Shown: positions 39,797 to 49,667 of the stretch, piece by piece
Layout of the letters: every line of letters starts with the position of its first letter
How positions within the stretch are numbered: the first letter of the stretch is position 1
Source: a virus
Reading direction: 5' to 3' (one strand)
Length of the DNA: 64,000 bases
IMG/VR virus record: IMGVR_UViG_3300031774_000005
Location: 11,474-75,473 of that record
Position numbers and translations under genes: made by a program
Notes under the pieces: model-generated
Seen by the model: the letters and a program-made list of their open reading frames with translations, nothing else
What the model was told of the DNA's origin: nothing
Databases searched by the model: none

Positions 39797-40570
39797 TCAC
39801 GCACCTATATGTGGTGCTTTCAATAGTATTCTATCATTAGCCACTATCAAAAGCGGAAATTCATCTTTCATGTATATGTTTAACATTTGGTCTTTCTCAA
39901 AGAAAGCATAAAGAGGGCTACTAAATTCAATAGTTGCCCCTTCATTTGGATTAGTAATAAACAACGGAGTTAGCGTTTCTTCATACTTGTTAGTAATGCT
40001 TTGTCTTGTTGAAAGTGTTATTGTTTCATTCTTATCTAACTTGTATATGCCACTCTTAACCAATTCACATGCTTTAAGTGCATTCTGTAATTGTGCGTGT
40101 GTAATAGTAAATGCAGTTTCAAATTGTCCTTTGCCGAAAGTCCATAGTCTATTCGGATTTACTTCATATCTAACATGACTTAGCATTCCCTTAATTCTTG
40201 TTAATGGTTGAATTTGAGGGTGATTGACAACTAAAGGTATTGAAGCCTTCTTTGAATCACCACTTGTAATGGTAATAAAATCACCAACTGAAAATGTTAT
40301 CTCATTAGAAAATGATTTCAAATAAGGAAGAACATTTGCGCTATCAAGACAGCAAATGCCTTCTTCGGATTCACCTTCTAATGGAATAGTTAGTGATACA
40401 AAGAAAGTTTGGTTTCCATTCCAAATACTCAAATTATTATCTTTAACTTCTAAAAGAGCGTATGTTCCAAGATTGGTATTACCAAATCCATTATTAGTTG
40501 TTCCCTTTCCTTTAACTTGGACACTCTCTAATCCGTTCTTTAGTTCATTTGTTTCTATTGTAAATTTCAA
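39797..40570 (-). CDS. pcn: PCNA-like sliding clamp
   Basis: 257 aa from a TTG start; C-terminal KDEFPLLI..LKAP as in PCNA; next to PolB; PIP boxes in PolB and RFC-L. Confidence 0.65.
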   Translation of the reverse strand: MKFTIETNELKNGLESVQVKGKGTTNNGFGNTNLGTYALLEVKDNNLSIWNGNQTFFVSLTIPLEGESEEGICCLDSANVLPYLKSFSNEITFSVGDFITITSGDSKKASIPLVVNHPQIQPLTRIKGMLSHVRYEVNPNRLWTFGKGQFETAFTITHAQLQNALKACELVKSGIYKLDKNETITLSTRQSITNKYEETLTPLFITNPNEGATIEFSSPLYAFFEKDQMLNIYMKDEFPLLIVANDRILLKAPHIGA

Positions 40571-41388
40571 ATCAATCCCTCTCGCAATTCGGGAATACCT
40601 GTCCAAGAAACTTTACCTGTTCCGACAGTTAATGATTCCCAAGTTTTACCGACAAGTGCAGTATTGGTTTTACTACTTAGTAATTCAGCCTTATACACTA
40701 CATCGTTTTTCTTGCGAGTTCTTCTTGTTGAAATAATTTGGAACATATAATCTCCCCAATTGTGCCAATTAGGTTTAGAACCAATTACTTCTCCTGTTGC
40801 TCCATAATCTGCTTTAGCATGAGTAATGTAGATTTGGTCGCAATCTAAATTCTTACACATCATCAATAGAGAATAAAATGGTGCATTTCTTTTGCCCCAT
40901 TCAAACTTCATCTTTTGTGGTTTGCCGATTTTAGAACTTCCGGTCACATTTAATGTGCAACAGTCAAGCCACTTATCTACTCCATCAAATACAAACAAAA
41001 CATCTTCTCCTTCTGCTATTTTAGACTTAACGAATAAAACAAAATCTTCGGAATTTGCTTCCGACTTTTGAATATCTAATTCGCCATTTTCATTTCTTAC
41101 TTCGGGATTCCACAAAGTAATTCTTTCAGTCATCTCATGGTTTTGTCTCCATGTAGGTTCGCAACCATTATCCCAATCTAAAACATAAATTTGTTTATTA
41201 GGGAAATCAAGGGCTAATCCACTTTTGACTGTTTTGGGTTCTCCCCAAATACCACAAACTAAACGATTACTTCTTGCTAATCTACCTTCTGTTTGTTTCT
41301 TTAATTTATCCTGAAATGCGACAACTCTTTGGTTCTCTATCATTTCATTCGCTACTGCCGGTTGTTTATTCTTACTTGTTAAACTCAT
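40567..41388 (-). CDS. Sak4/AAA_24-like RecA-fold ATPase (single-strand annealing/recombination)
   Basis: GEPKTVKS, VLDWDNG, FVFDG, YITH; near the SSB. Confidence 0.65.
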   Translation of the reverse strand: MSLTSKNKQPAVANEMIENQRVVAFQDKLKKQTEGRLARSNRLVCGIWGEPKTVKSGLALDFPNKQIYVLDWDNGCEPTWRQNHEMTERITLWNPEVRNENGELDIQKSEANSEDFVLFVKSKIAEGEDVLFVFDGVDKWLDCCTLNVTGSSKIGKPQKMKFEWGKRNAPFYSLLMMCKNLDCDQIYITHAKADYGATGEVIGSKPNWHNWGDYMFQIISTRRTRKKNDVVYKAELLSSKTNTALVGKTWESLTVGTGKVSWTGIPELREGLI

Positions 41389-41392
41389 TATA

Positions 41393-41650
41393 TCACCATT
41401 CCTCTATTATATCTTCATCTTCTATATTTATTTTCTTTCCATTAAGTTTAGACCATGTTTCCAATACTGTTTTTAAATCTTCAATATTATTACAAACATA
41501 TCTTGCTTCTTTAGTTCCAATATGGAACTTAGCCCAATAGGTATTTTCTTTCTTGTCATTTTCTTTCCAAGTAATAAAATCTACTTTAGACAAGTCAATC
41601 ATATAACTATTGGTCTTTATTAAATACTTATCTTCTTTTAGTTCATTCAT
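41393..41650 (-). CDS. Hypothetical protein
   Basis: ORF track. Confidence 0.55.
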   Translation of the reverse strand: MNELKEDKYLIKTNSYMIDLSKVDFITWKENDKKENTYWAKFHIGTKEARYVCNNIEDLKTVLETWSKLNGKKINIEDEDIIEEW

Positions 41651-41867
41651 AGGTAAATCCCCCTACTCCTAACCAATCACGAACATAAGAATCTAAAAAC
41701 CTTTCAAGGTCTTCAAGTTCTAAATATTGGATTATTGTTCCTGCGCTTGAATACACTTTCAATTCCATACCTAACACTCCATTTGAGTTCCATGAAATGT
41801 GTTGGATTTTATCGTAGTGAATAAACGCTCTATCTGTTTTTAGTGCATTTTTAAAAATTCTTATCAT
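41643..41867 (-). CDS. Hypothetical protein
   Basis: AGGAG RBS. Confidence 0.55.
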   Translation of the reverse strand: MIRIFKNALKTDRAFIHYDKIQHISWNSNGVLGMELKVYSSAGTIIQYLELEDLERFLDSYVRDWLGVGGFTYE

Positions 41868-41948
41868 AATAATTTCTCCTTAAATATAGGCTTCGCACCT
41901 ATATGACCGTCATTAACGCCAACGACTACACAATGATTGAATAATCAA

Positions 41949-43172
41949 TCAAAACCAATCAAAGTTATCCTCAACGGGTTGGGAAACTTCAACGGCTGAA
42001 CCATGCTTTAGGGTGCAATAAATACCCGAAGCATTAATTGTTGTTGGTTCAACTCCTTCATCGGTTGTTCTTTGGCTTGTTCGGCCAACAATAATAACTG
42101 ATGATTGAATACCGAAATCAATATTCAAATGTGGGGGAATCCAACAAGTGACAATTCCCGAACCATCGGAATAATCCAATTCATAATCAATATCTGTTAT
42201 ATTGATAATTCTATTACCGTTCTTTGTTGGAGTCATATTCATATTAGTGACTGTTCCATCTGTAATTACAAATCTTTCTTTAGAAGGTAATTCCTGTCTT
42301 TGAATATGCGCTCTATCTAATTCCATAAGTGGAGTTAGATGAGAACCAAAGTTATTTCTTAGACAATCTTCAAAGTCAAAGTTAGACATATCCCTAAATA
42401 ATTCATTGTCCGGACTCATTTCACTATTTAATGAAAGGCTATTGAATGTTAAATCTTTAGCCCCATAAATATCTGTTCCTGCATCATTAGCAACACAAAG
42501 GAAATGCACCCATTCAAATGTATTAGGTGCAAAATCTACTCCGCCTTGATTCTTATAAGAAAAGAAATAAGGTTTCATTTCACTTGTTCCAACAGAACCA
42601 TAAAATATACCGCTTCTTCTCATTTGTTGTGGTGGTAGTGGTTTTCCGTATTGTGCATTCTTTCCGCCATTCATATAAACGGGCGTGTTATCTAAAGGAA
42701 CATAATATCGGCCATCTTCTGTTTCTTCTGCTCCCGCAGGTAGAGATGAAATGGTTTTTTCTTCATATTCTCCATGTTGATAACGGGAAATAACCCACTT
42801 ACCTAAAGCGTTTTCATTTGCTATTGCTACAATTCCTTTTTCAAGGGCATTATCAGCATCACGCATAAACTCTTCTTTTGCTTTCATTCTGTTCCACGCC
42901 ATCATATCTCTTGGTTCTTCTAAAGCAACAAAGAATCCAAATGCTGCCTTGTAAAAAGAATCATTACTGTTGTTATTGTTATTATTTGAATCTCCCTCTT
43001 GGGTTCTTCTAACATTCGCAACATAGTTTCTCCATACACCTTTAGCAATTGGGGCGGTTGTTTCAATTCCGTTTTCTTCGCAAACTTCAACGAATTTTGC
43101 TAACGCTTCTTCTTCGCTCAAACCAATATATTGTGCGCTTTTAATCACTTCTGCTTTCATATCTTCATTCAT
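41949..43172 (-). CDS. RPA-like OB-fold ssDNA-binding protein
   Basis: OB-like ITDGTV..RIINITD..VTCWIP..IIVGRT; acidic-aromatic tail EDNFDWF; GGAAAGTGAAAAATATG start. Confidence 0.6.
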   Translation of the reverse strand: MNEDMKAEVIKSAQYIGLSEEEALAKFVEVCEENGIETTAPIAKGVWRNYVANVRRTQEGDSNNNNNNSNDSFYKAAFGFFVALEEPRDMMAWNRMKAKEEFMRDADNALEKGIVAIANENALGKWVISRYQHGEYEEKTISSLPAGAEETEDGRYYVPLDNTPVYMNGGKNAQYGKPLPPQQMRRSGIFYGSVGTSEMKPYFFSYKNQGGVDFAPNTFEWVHFLCVANDAGTDIYGAKDLTFNSLSLNSEMSPDNELFRDMSNFDFEDCLRNNFGSHLTPLMELDRAHIQRQELPSKERFVITDGTVTNMNMTPTKNGNRIINITDIDYELDYSDGSGIVTCWIPPHLNIDFGIQSSVIIVGRTSQRTTDEGVEPTTINASGIYCTLKHGSAVEVSQPVEDNFDWF

Positions 43173-43222
43173 ATTTTTCACTTTCCTATTTTTTGTTTTT
43201 TTGTTTTTGTTTTTGTTCAATT

Positions 43223-44131
43223 CTATGATAGTTGGCCAATTAACCATGAGGCTAATACTTTAGGAGTCATAGTGGTTGAACGCCATTCACTTTCTCCTAT
43301 CGTTCTAAGGACTTTAAATTTCAAATTGCTATCTAATTCAGCAATTAATACTGCGTCATGCAAGCCAATACAAATTTCACGGATAGTATATCCATCGTAA
43401 AGTAAGTTATGTATTGCCTGTAAAGAATCTGCCTGTTTATCAATTATTTTCATTAGTATTTTGCTATATTCATCTAAACTGTTATCCACCTGTGCCTTGA
43501 GGGAAGAATCACTTGCTTTTGCGGCCTGTAATTCTGTAATCGCCCTCCGCATATCACCGTTCATAGCATATATAAAGGAGTTCAAATCATTGGTTTCAAA
43601 ACGAGTTATACCTTCTTTTTGAAGAATTGATTGTATTACTTCCAATAATGATTCATTACTCAATGGCTTAAAATGATAGTTGGCACATCTACTTTGTAAT
43701 GCAAAGATAATCTTATTTCTATCATTACAAGTAATAATAAATCTTATATTACTTGAATATCTTTCCATAATTCTTTTCAATGCATTTTGAGCATCATTAG
43801 TCATTCCATCCATTTCATCTAATAATACGATTCTAAATGGTGCATCACCTATTGTTGCACTTTGAGCAATATTCTTTATTGTTGTTCTTACTGTTTCTAA
43901 TCTTCTATCATCGGAAGCATTTACTTCTATATAATTATCAATAAAAGATTCACCAAGTATTTCTTTGGCTAATACTAAAGAAGCACTTGTTTTCCCATTT
44001 CCCGGATTTCCATGAATTAAAACATTAGGCATGTTTCTTTCTTCTATCCATGTTTTAGCGTCTAAACTAAAGTGTTCTTGTCCTATTAAGTCATTTAACT
44101 TATTTGGCCTGTATTTTTCTGTCCATAACAT
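43223..44131 (-). CDS. rfcS: Replication factor C small subunit
   Basis: WTEKYRP, GNPGNGKT, NASDDR, LDEMD, SRC. Confidence 0.95.
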   Translation of the reverse strand: MLWTEKYRPNKLNDLIGQEHFSLDAKTWIEERNMPNVLIHGNPGNGKTSASLVLAKEILGESFIDNYIEVNASDDRRLETVRTTIKNIAQSATIGDAPFRIVLLDEMDGMTNDAQNALKRIMERYSSNIRFIITCNDRNKIIFALQSRCANYHFKPLSNESLLEVIQSILQKEGITRFETNDLNSFIYAMNGDMRRAITELQAAKASDSSLKAQVDNSLDEYSKILMKIIDKQADSLQAIHNLLYDGYTIREICIGLHDAVLIAELDSNLKFKVLRTIGESEWRSTTMTPKVLASWLIGQLS

Positions 44132-44360
44132 TTTTATTCCTCCATATATTAACATCTTTTATTTTACATTTTCCAATCTTTTCAAATCTTTTATTTCTAA
44201 GTAGTTGTGCAATTTGATTTGAGGTAAATGAATATGACCTATTGGAAGAACTGCGCTTCCTTGAATTTTCTTTATTTAATTCATCCATTATCTGCCTACA
44301 AGTCATTTCTTTATCTTGTAAAACAGATTCTATTCTATAAATTAATTTTCTTGTTTTCAT
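44100..44360 (-). CDS. Small winged-HTH protein
   Basis: MTCRQIMDEL..TSNQIAQLL..FEKIG..W. Confidence 0.5.
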   Translation of the reverse strand: MKTRKLIYRIESVLQDKEMTCRQIMDELNKENSRKRSSSNRSYSFTSNQIAQLLRNKRFEKIGKCKIKDVNIWRNKNVMDRKIQAK

Positions 44361-45199
44361 AAATAGTCCTCCAAAGAGGTTTGTTTTGCTCTTATCGGGT
44401 CTGTCTTTTTTCTTTTTCTTTTTTCACCTAAACCTAAAAGACGACATTCCCCGTTGTTTAGTTTCTTTTTGAATTGTGAAACAACTATTTCATCCTTACA
44501 AAGTTGCTTTAATAATCTTGGATTTCTTACTCCAAGCCTTCTTGCTAACTTAGGTAATACCGAATACTTTCTTCTTTTAGGCATATTTAATCTATCAAAA
44601 GAACCGCCTTCATGTGCATAGGCTAACATTTGATAAAAATAGTCTTGACTCCATCTTCTCTTTACTACACCATCAACAAAGATTAATCTATGCGGGTGCA
44701 TATTTTCACTTAACCAAGATACTATTTGAGTGTCCGGAGGTTTGTTATAAACTAATAACTTAGCAACTAAATCTCTATCTCTCTCCTTCAGGTAGCCCCT
44801 TACGAGGGAATAGGTATCTCTTTCAAAAGAAAACGGTTTTTCTGAATTAGGGGCAATTGATTTAATTGACTCTTCAAGAAAGTTATAAGAACCTGCCCGT
44901 TTTATACGACACATATCTTTTATTTCTTTGGGAACGGATTTCTCATTAATAGAAGTTAATACAATTTGTCCTCTATAATTCCTTAAAATAAATAGAATTG
45001 CTTGTTTATCAGGTTTATAGTGAACATCTTCTATGATAATACCATTTTCCATAGGAAAAGAACCTACATCAATATTAATATCATTAGCAAAAACAATCAT
45101 TGGTTCTTTTACTAATGTTAATGCTTGAGTTGATTTTCCTGTTCCTATTTTGCCTGTTATTAAAATTGCTCTATTTTGATTCATTGTTGTTAATCCCAT
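44357..45199 (-). CDS. Reduced RFC large subunit-like clamp loader
   Basis: GKIGTGKS, IIEDVH, C-terminal PIP box QTSLEDYL; adjacent to rfcS. Confidence 0.65.
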   Translation of the reverse strand: MGLTTMNQNRAILITGKIGTGKSTQALTLVKEPMIVFANDINIDVGSFPMENGIIIEDVHYKPDKQAILFILRNYRGQIVLTSINEKSVPKEIKDMCRIKRAGSYNFLEESIKSIAPNSEKPFSFERDTYSLVRGYLKERDRDLVAKLLVYNKPPDTQIVSWLSENMHPHRLIFVDGVVKRRWSQDYFYQMLAYAHEGGSFDRLNMPKRRKYSVLPKLARRLGVRNPRLLKQLCKDEIVVSQFKKKLNNGECRLLGLGEKRKRKKTDPIRAKQTSLEDYL

Positions 45200-45606
45200 T
45201 AAATTACCCCTTTTAATTCTAATAATTTATCTAATCCTTTTTGTGTCAAATGTTCTTTGTTCACCAACATTTTAACTACCGTATCAACCGTAGTCCACTC
45301 TCCTTGACGACTTTCTAAATTGTCGGGAATGTTATTTATTACTTTCTCAAGATTCCTTATCCCGCTAATATACATTATTGGTTTTGGTCTTGAAGAGGAT
45401 TCTTCGTTGTGATAAGAAGAATATACTCCCCAATGCAACAAAGACCGTTGCACACCATGTAGAAACTTAGCCTTTCCTCTTATGGCCAAACCTATTATTG
45501 GTTTGTAGCCAATCTTTAATTCATCTGTTCTAATAATCTTGAACTGAACTTTTGCACATGATAATAAAATTCCTACTAACATATCTTTACTAAACATAAT
45601 TCTCAC
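45199..45606 (-). CDS. Degenerate LAGLIDADG-family protein
   Basis: C-terminal KEHLTQKGLDKLLELK is typical of single-motif LAGLIDADG; motif degenerate (LVGILLSCA). Confidence 0.55.
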   Translation of the reverse strand: MRIMFSKDMLVGILLSCAKVQFKIIRTDELKIGYKPIIGLAIRGKAKFLHGVQRSLLHWGVYSSYHNEESSSRPKPIMYISGIRNLEKVINNIPDNLESRQGEWTTVDTVVKMLVNKEHLTQKGLDKLLELKGVI

Positions 45607-45985
45607 TTACTTTTATTCCTAAGTATTCGCATTTGTATCTAAGAAAATTTAGCCCATCTAAGATTATTCCTTTGATGGTATTTTCTGTTTCCGAAGCGTC
45701 TCCTGCAAAGATAAACGCTAAACTTGTTCCTTGATAAGTATTCCAAGCAACCGCTTGCTTCTCATCTATTGGGTCAAAAAATACTGCCATTTCCGAGTAT
45801 TTCTTAATCTGTTGAAGATGAATAACTACTCCCTTAATCAACAGTTCCACTTCTTCTTCTTTCAAATCCCCAAATACTACAAATGTAAAACTCGTAGCCG
45901 TTCCATGACTTTCTATCCATTCTTGAATATGAAGGTCATTGAACATAATAATCATTCCTTCATGTATTCCATGTTTGACGGCCAA
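45590..45985 (-). CDS. Hypothetical protein
   Basis: ORF track. Confidence 0.5.
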   Translation of the reverse strand: MAVKHGIHEGMIIMFNDLHIQEWIESHGTATSFTFVVFGDLKEEEVELLIKGVVIHLQQIKKYSEMAVFFDPIDEKQAVAWNTYQGTSLAFIFAGDASETENTIKGIILDGLNFLRYKCEYLGIKVSENYV

Positions 45986-46401
45986 TATCCATTAGGTGCA
46001 GTATTTGTTTCTAACCAAAAGAAATGTGCAGCAGTTATTCGACTATCGCCCCTGCTTATAGCATTTTCTTCTGCGTTGGCTATTAAGTTGCATAAAGCCG
46101 TTTCAACCCATTCACCCACGAAATACCTTGCTTGATTAGAAACTTGTAAATCTGTATTTTCCTTAAACAGTTTTGTTATATTCACCTTTGTTTTTGGTTT
46201 ATGTTTTGGTATTTGTGGTTTCTCCGGAATAACAATTGCATTATCTTTGATATAAGGACAATACTTCTGTAATACTAATTTAGGTCTGCCTTGCTCATGT
46301 AATATATTTTTAAGATGAGCATAACCTTCTTTATCAATTTTAATACATCTATAAGTTATGGTATCAATAATTGTCATTTCTCCTGCTTGAATCATAATCA
46401 T
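45952..46401 (-). CDS. Histone-fold protein with an N-terminal beta domain
   Basis: ITKLFKENTDLQVSNQARYFVGEWVETALCNLIANAEENAISRGDSRITAAH aligns by eye with the archaeal histone fold. Confidence 0.7.
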   Translation of the reverse strand: MIMIQAGEMTIIDTITYRCIKIDKEGYAHLKNILHEQGRPKLVLQKYCPYIKDNAIVIPEKPQIPKHKPKTKVNITKLFKENTDLQVSNQARYFVGEWVETALCNLIANAEENAISRGDSRITAAHFFWLETNTAPNGYWPSNMEYMKE

Positions 46402-46787
46402 TCCTCTTCCATTGGTTCTAACGCCTGTTGTAATACTGCTTTAATTAAGCCAATATCATCATTTCCATTCTCTATAAAATTAAGAGCAGTTAGTATGATG
46501 TGCTTATGTCTTTGGTCGTCAAGAGCGTATTTATCATTCTCAAGCATACCTAAAGTTTGAGCAATCTTCTTTTTGGCATCTTTTCTTTGATAGTTTGTTT
46601 CGCCTTGTTGATGTAAAAGAATAAATCTTCTTTGATATAAACCAAGAAGATGAACATATTGAGTTCTTATTCTTCTCATGATATTCCTAATTTCACGATT
46701 AGTTTGGTTCATTGATAAATCACTTATCTTTATACTTCTACCAAATATATCTGTCATGTATTTAGTATTCCATGATGCACCTTTCAT
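46398..46787 (-). CDS. Hypothetical protein
   Basis: Coupled ORF. Confidence 0.5.
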   Translation of the reverse strand: MKGASWNTKYMTDIFGRSIKISDLSMNQTNREIRNIMRRIRTQYVHLLGLYQRRFILLHQQGETNYQRKDAKKKIAQTLGMLENDKYALDDQRHKHIILTALNFIENGNDDIGLIKAVLQQALEPMEEE

Positions 46788-48319
46788 TCTAATCTCTCCA
46801 CATCTTCTAAGGTATTAATATCCGCAACAAACTTATCATCTCTAATTCTAACACATCTTGGGAATCTTAAGCCTAAGTTGTCCTTTTCATCTCTTGAAAC
46901 TAAATCAGCCTTAACTTCTAAAACTACAACAGGTGAAACAAAGAACTGCCCATTCTCAAATTTCTCAACATTTCTTCTTAGCGTATTTGTTAGTGTGATT
47001 AAATCCTCATCGGAAAAACCACTACCACACCAACCAACGCTTTGATAACCATTGTCGGACTTTACTCCTAATTCAAATGTGCCGAATACATTTGCTCTTT
47101 TACCTTCTCCATACTTAGTAGATAATATAACTACATCAAGATTAATTTGTGGTGGTTTGTATTTAGCCCAACCAACACTTCTTTTCCCTGCTTCATAAGC
47201 CATTGAAGAATCTTTGACGATAATACCTTCAAAACCATCATTAATTGCTTGATGATAAAAAGCCATAATATCGCCTTCTGTTATTCGGTGCGCTTGATTC
47301 GGTAAATCTTTCATCTTCTCAAGCCTTTCATTGTATGGTAAATCCATAATAGTTTCATCGTTTAGCATAAGACAATCAAAGATAACCCATTCAACCTTTA
47401 CCTTTTCTGCCGCTTCTAAATGATTCTTAGAATGAACTCTTGTAGCCATTAGTTTATGTGGTGCAGGTGTTCCATCATCTTTTATTGGATATATTTCACC
47501 ATCAAGTATTGCGTTCTTAATATCATACTTTGCACATAATAAAACAATATCGGGGAATTGAACTGTTACCAATTTACCCTTACGATTAAAAATCATTACC
47601 TTGCCATCTTCAATATGAATTTGATACCTATTACCATCATACTTGTAATCAACAACAAAGTTAGTTGGCCACTTATTCATAGGCACTTCTTTTGCTAACA
47701 TAGGTGCTACAAACTTTCCGTGTGTTAAATTACATGGAGGTTCTATTCCTCTTTCATAGGCAGAACAAACTACTTCAATAGAATTAAAGTTCAAGTGTTT
47801 CTTAACCTCTTTAACTTTCTTCTTGTAGTAATGAGCCATAATTTTCGTGACTGTTCCTCTATTGATACCGTTTCTTGGTGTTCTTAGAAGATACCTAATG
47901 AACCATCTTCGGCCATTAGCAGACATACCGACTAAAGCCGTTTCTACATTTGTAAAAACATCGGAATCAATTTTACCACAATTAAATTCCAATATTAGTT
48001 TAGCACTTAGTAAAGGCATACCGTCTTTTATTTCTGTTTCTGCTGAAACATCAAGATAATATATCGCATCTCCTAAATCATTATGAGCCGCTAACAGTCC
48101 ATCTATTTCACTTTCAAATACATCAAATATCTTCGCTAACCATTTCTTAGCCTTTGCTAAACCTAAGTTATTAGCAGTAAGGTTATCTTTATCTAAAATA
48201 GATAATACTAATCCTTTATTTTCAAAATTCTCAAGAGCGTTTCCTATCATTTTTATCTGTTGCGTTGGTGTTAGAGTATCGCTCGCTTCTAATAACCTTG
48301 CCATTCGTTCCCATGTCAT
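46784..48319 (-). CDS. lig: ATP-dependent DNA ligase
   Basis: KYDG, ILDGE, IFDCL, EGIIVK, WAKYK, LRFPR. Confidence 0.95.
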   Translation of the reverse strand: MTWERMARLLEASDTLTPTQQIKMIGNALENFENKGLVLSILDKDNLTANNLGLAKAKKWLAKIFDVFESEIDGLLAAHNDLGDAIYYLDVSAETEIKDGMPLLSAKLILEFNCGKIDSDVFTNVETALVGMSANGRRWFIRYLLRTPRNGINRGTVTKIMAHYYKKKVKEVKKHLNFNSIEVVCSAYERGIEPPCNLTHGKFVAPMLAKEVPMNKWPTNFVVDYKYDGNRYQIHIEDGKVMIFNRKGKLVTVQFPDIVLLCAKYDIKNAILDGEIYPIKDDGTPAPHKLMATRVHSKNHLEAAEKVKVEWVIFDCLMLNDETIMDLPYNERLEKMKDLPNQAHRITEGDIMAFYHQAINDGFEGIIVKDSSMAYEAGKRSVGWAKYKPPQINLDVVILSTKYGEGKRANVFGTFELGVKSDNGYQSVGWCGSGFSDEDLITLTNTLRRNVEKFENGQFFVSPVVVLEVKADLVSRDEKDNLGLRFPRCVRIRDDKFVADINTLEDVERLE

Positions 48320-48449
48320 CTATAATCACTTCCATATTTTCATTTATATTTTTTATCAGTTCTTTTAACAGGCTACTGATTTTCCCGTCATGCTTTTCAG
48401 CATATGTCCACATAGCATTTGCTAAGTAAATCCATTCATTCTTCTTCAT
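48231..48449 (-). CDS. Hypothetical protein
   Basis: ORF track; start at MKKNEW. Confidence 0.4.
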   Translation of the reverse strand: MKKNEWIYLANAMWTYAEKHDGKISSLLKELIKNINENMEVIIDDMGTNGKVIRSERYSNTNATDKNDRKRS

Positions 48450-48801
48450 TTGATTCTTCCCCATCTAATCTTTGAAGCAATCTCAAGAAGTTAGCCATGA
48501 TTTGTTGTATAGTATGTATTTCTTCTTGGTTGCCTCTTTCAATAAAGCGGTGCATCATATGAATAAAAGTTGCTTGAGTAATAGCAGGTGCTAATCTTGC
48601 TAAATCGTTATGGGAATAAATCTCCCAATAACAAACAAAAGAGGCTCTTGCTAAGTAATTACCTTTAGCGATACCTGCATATCCCATATTAAAATGTTCT
48701 AATTCAACATCATTAAGTGCTTTCTTTTGTTTCTTAGCCCATTCATCAAACTTCTTATCATTTGTTGTTATTAAAAATAATTTATTGTTCATCTTCTTCA
48801 A
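48436..48801 (-). CDS. Hypothetical protein
   Basis: ORF track. Confidence 0.5.
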   Translation of the reverse strand: MKKMNNKLFLITTNDKKFDEWAKKQKKALNDVELEHFNMGYAGIAKGNYLARASFVCYWEIYSHNDLARLAPAITQATFIHMMHRFIERGNQEEIHTIQQIMANFLRLLQRLDGEESNEEE

Positions 48802-49054
48802 CTCCTTTATCCATAAAATCTCTTAATGTTTTGTAAAATCTACTGTATGCTAATTCAACATGAAGTCTTTGAACTCTACTTCCTGCCCCTTTTCTTGGTG
48901 GAACAGTCATTTGACTTTCCAAATACTGTGCAAATAAATCCATTAAATCTGCTGAACAGTTAATGAATAAATCTACTGAACCATGTCCATACTGTCTATC
49001 TTCGTTTGCTTTCTTCAAACTCTTTTTGGCTTGAACTACGCTTATTCTTTTCAT
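48782..49054 (-). CDS. Divergent histone-fold protein
   Basis: ISVVQAKKSLKK..RQYGHGSVDLF..long helix..SRVQRLHVELAY fits alpha1-L1-alpha2-L2-alpha3 spacing. Confidence 0.5.
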   Translation of the reverse strand: MKRISVVQAKKSLKKANEDRQYGHGSVDLFINCSADLMDLFAQYLESQMTVPPRKGAGSRVQRLHVELAYSRFYKTLRDFMDKGVEEDEQ

Positions 49055-49260
49055 TCTATCTCTCTCCCTAATATTTGTAATAATAATTTTGCTTCTTCCA
49101 TGTTCACCCGAACACCTTTCATTGTTGGTAAATTATCTTTAAACCAGCGAATATCCAAGACTTCAATATTCCTGTATTTACCTCTTTTAATTTTACATTC
49201 CATGCTATCATCACGGATAATAGTTCCAATAACTTCTAATCCATCTGTCATGTTAGCCAC
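49051..49260 (-). CDS. PC4/YdbC-like ssDNA-binding protein
   Basis: YRNIEVLDIRWF..PTMKGVRV. Confidence 0.8.
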   Translation of the reverse strand: MANMTDGLEVIGTIIRDDSMECKIKRGKYRNIEVLDIRWFKDNLPTMKGVRVNMEEAKLLLQILGREIE

Positions 49261-49667
49261 CCCTGTTTGAATTTATCTAAATCCTGTCTTGATGTAAAGT
49301 ATCTTGGTGTATCTAATTCATCAATACGATTAACTATCCAACATGCGCCTCCTAATGAAGAAACTTGAACCACTTCATATTGACCGCTATTTACTTCTAT
49401 AACTTCTTTAGTATTTATTTTAGGAACTAATCCCCACTTAAGAGTTAATTCTTGAGCAACTTCATGTATGTTTTCAGCAACATATTTTATGATATGCGCT
49501 CTTTGAATAGGTATTTTAGGAGCAACTTCTATTGCTAATTCACCTGTCATTTTACAGACATTACATTTGTTTCCTAAACAAATAGGACACTTTACTCTTG
49601 CTTTATGCGGAGCAGGTAAATTAACTGTTATTGCTTTCTTTTTCATTTTCTCATCACCTTTATGCAC
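49248..49667 (-). CDS. Zn-finger protein
   Basis: CPICLG.KCNVCKMTG. Confidence 0.55.
   Translation of the reverse strand: MHKGDEKMKKKAITVNLPAPHKARVKCPICLGNKCNVCKMTGELAIEVAPKIPIQRAHIIKYVAENIHEVAQELTLKWGLVPKINTKEVIEVNSGQYEVVQVSSLGGACWIVNRIDELDTPRYFTSRQDLDKFKQGWLT

Noticed and set aside
41393-41867. Two adjacent small ORFs as tandem paralogues
   Set aside because: Similarity (KT..xI...K[VI]..I[ST]W) is too short to support without an alignment
43186-43218. (TTTTTG)n tract as a replication origin or iteron array
   Set aside because: Short low-complexity A-rich leader upstream of the SSB RBS; no further support
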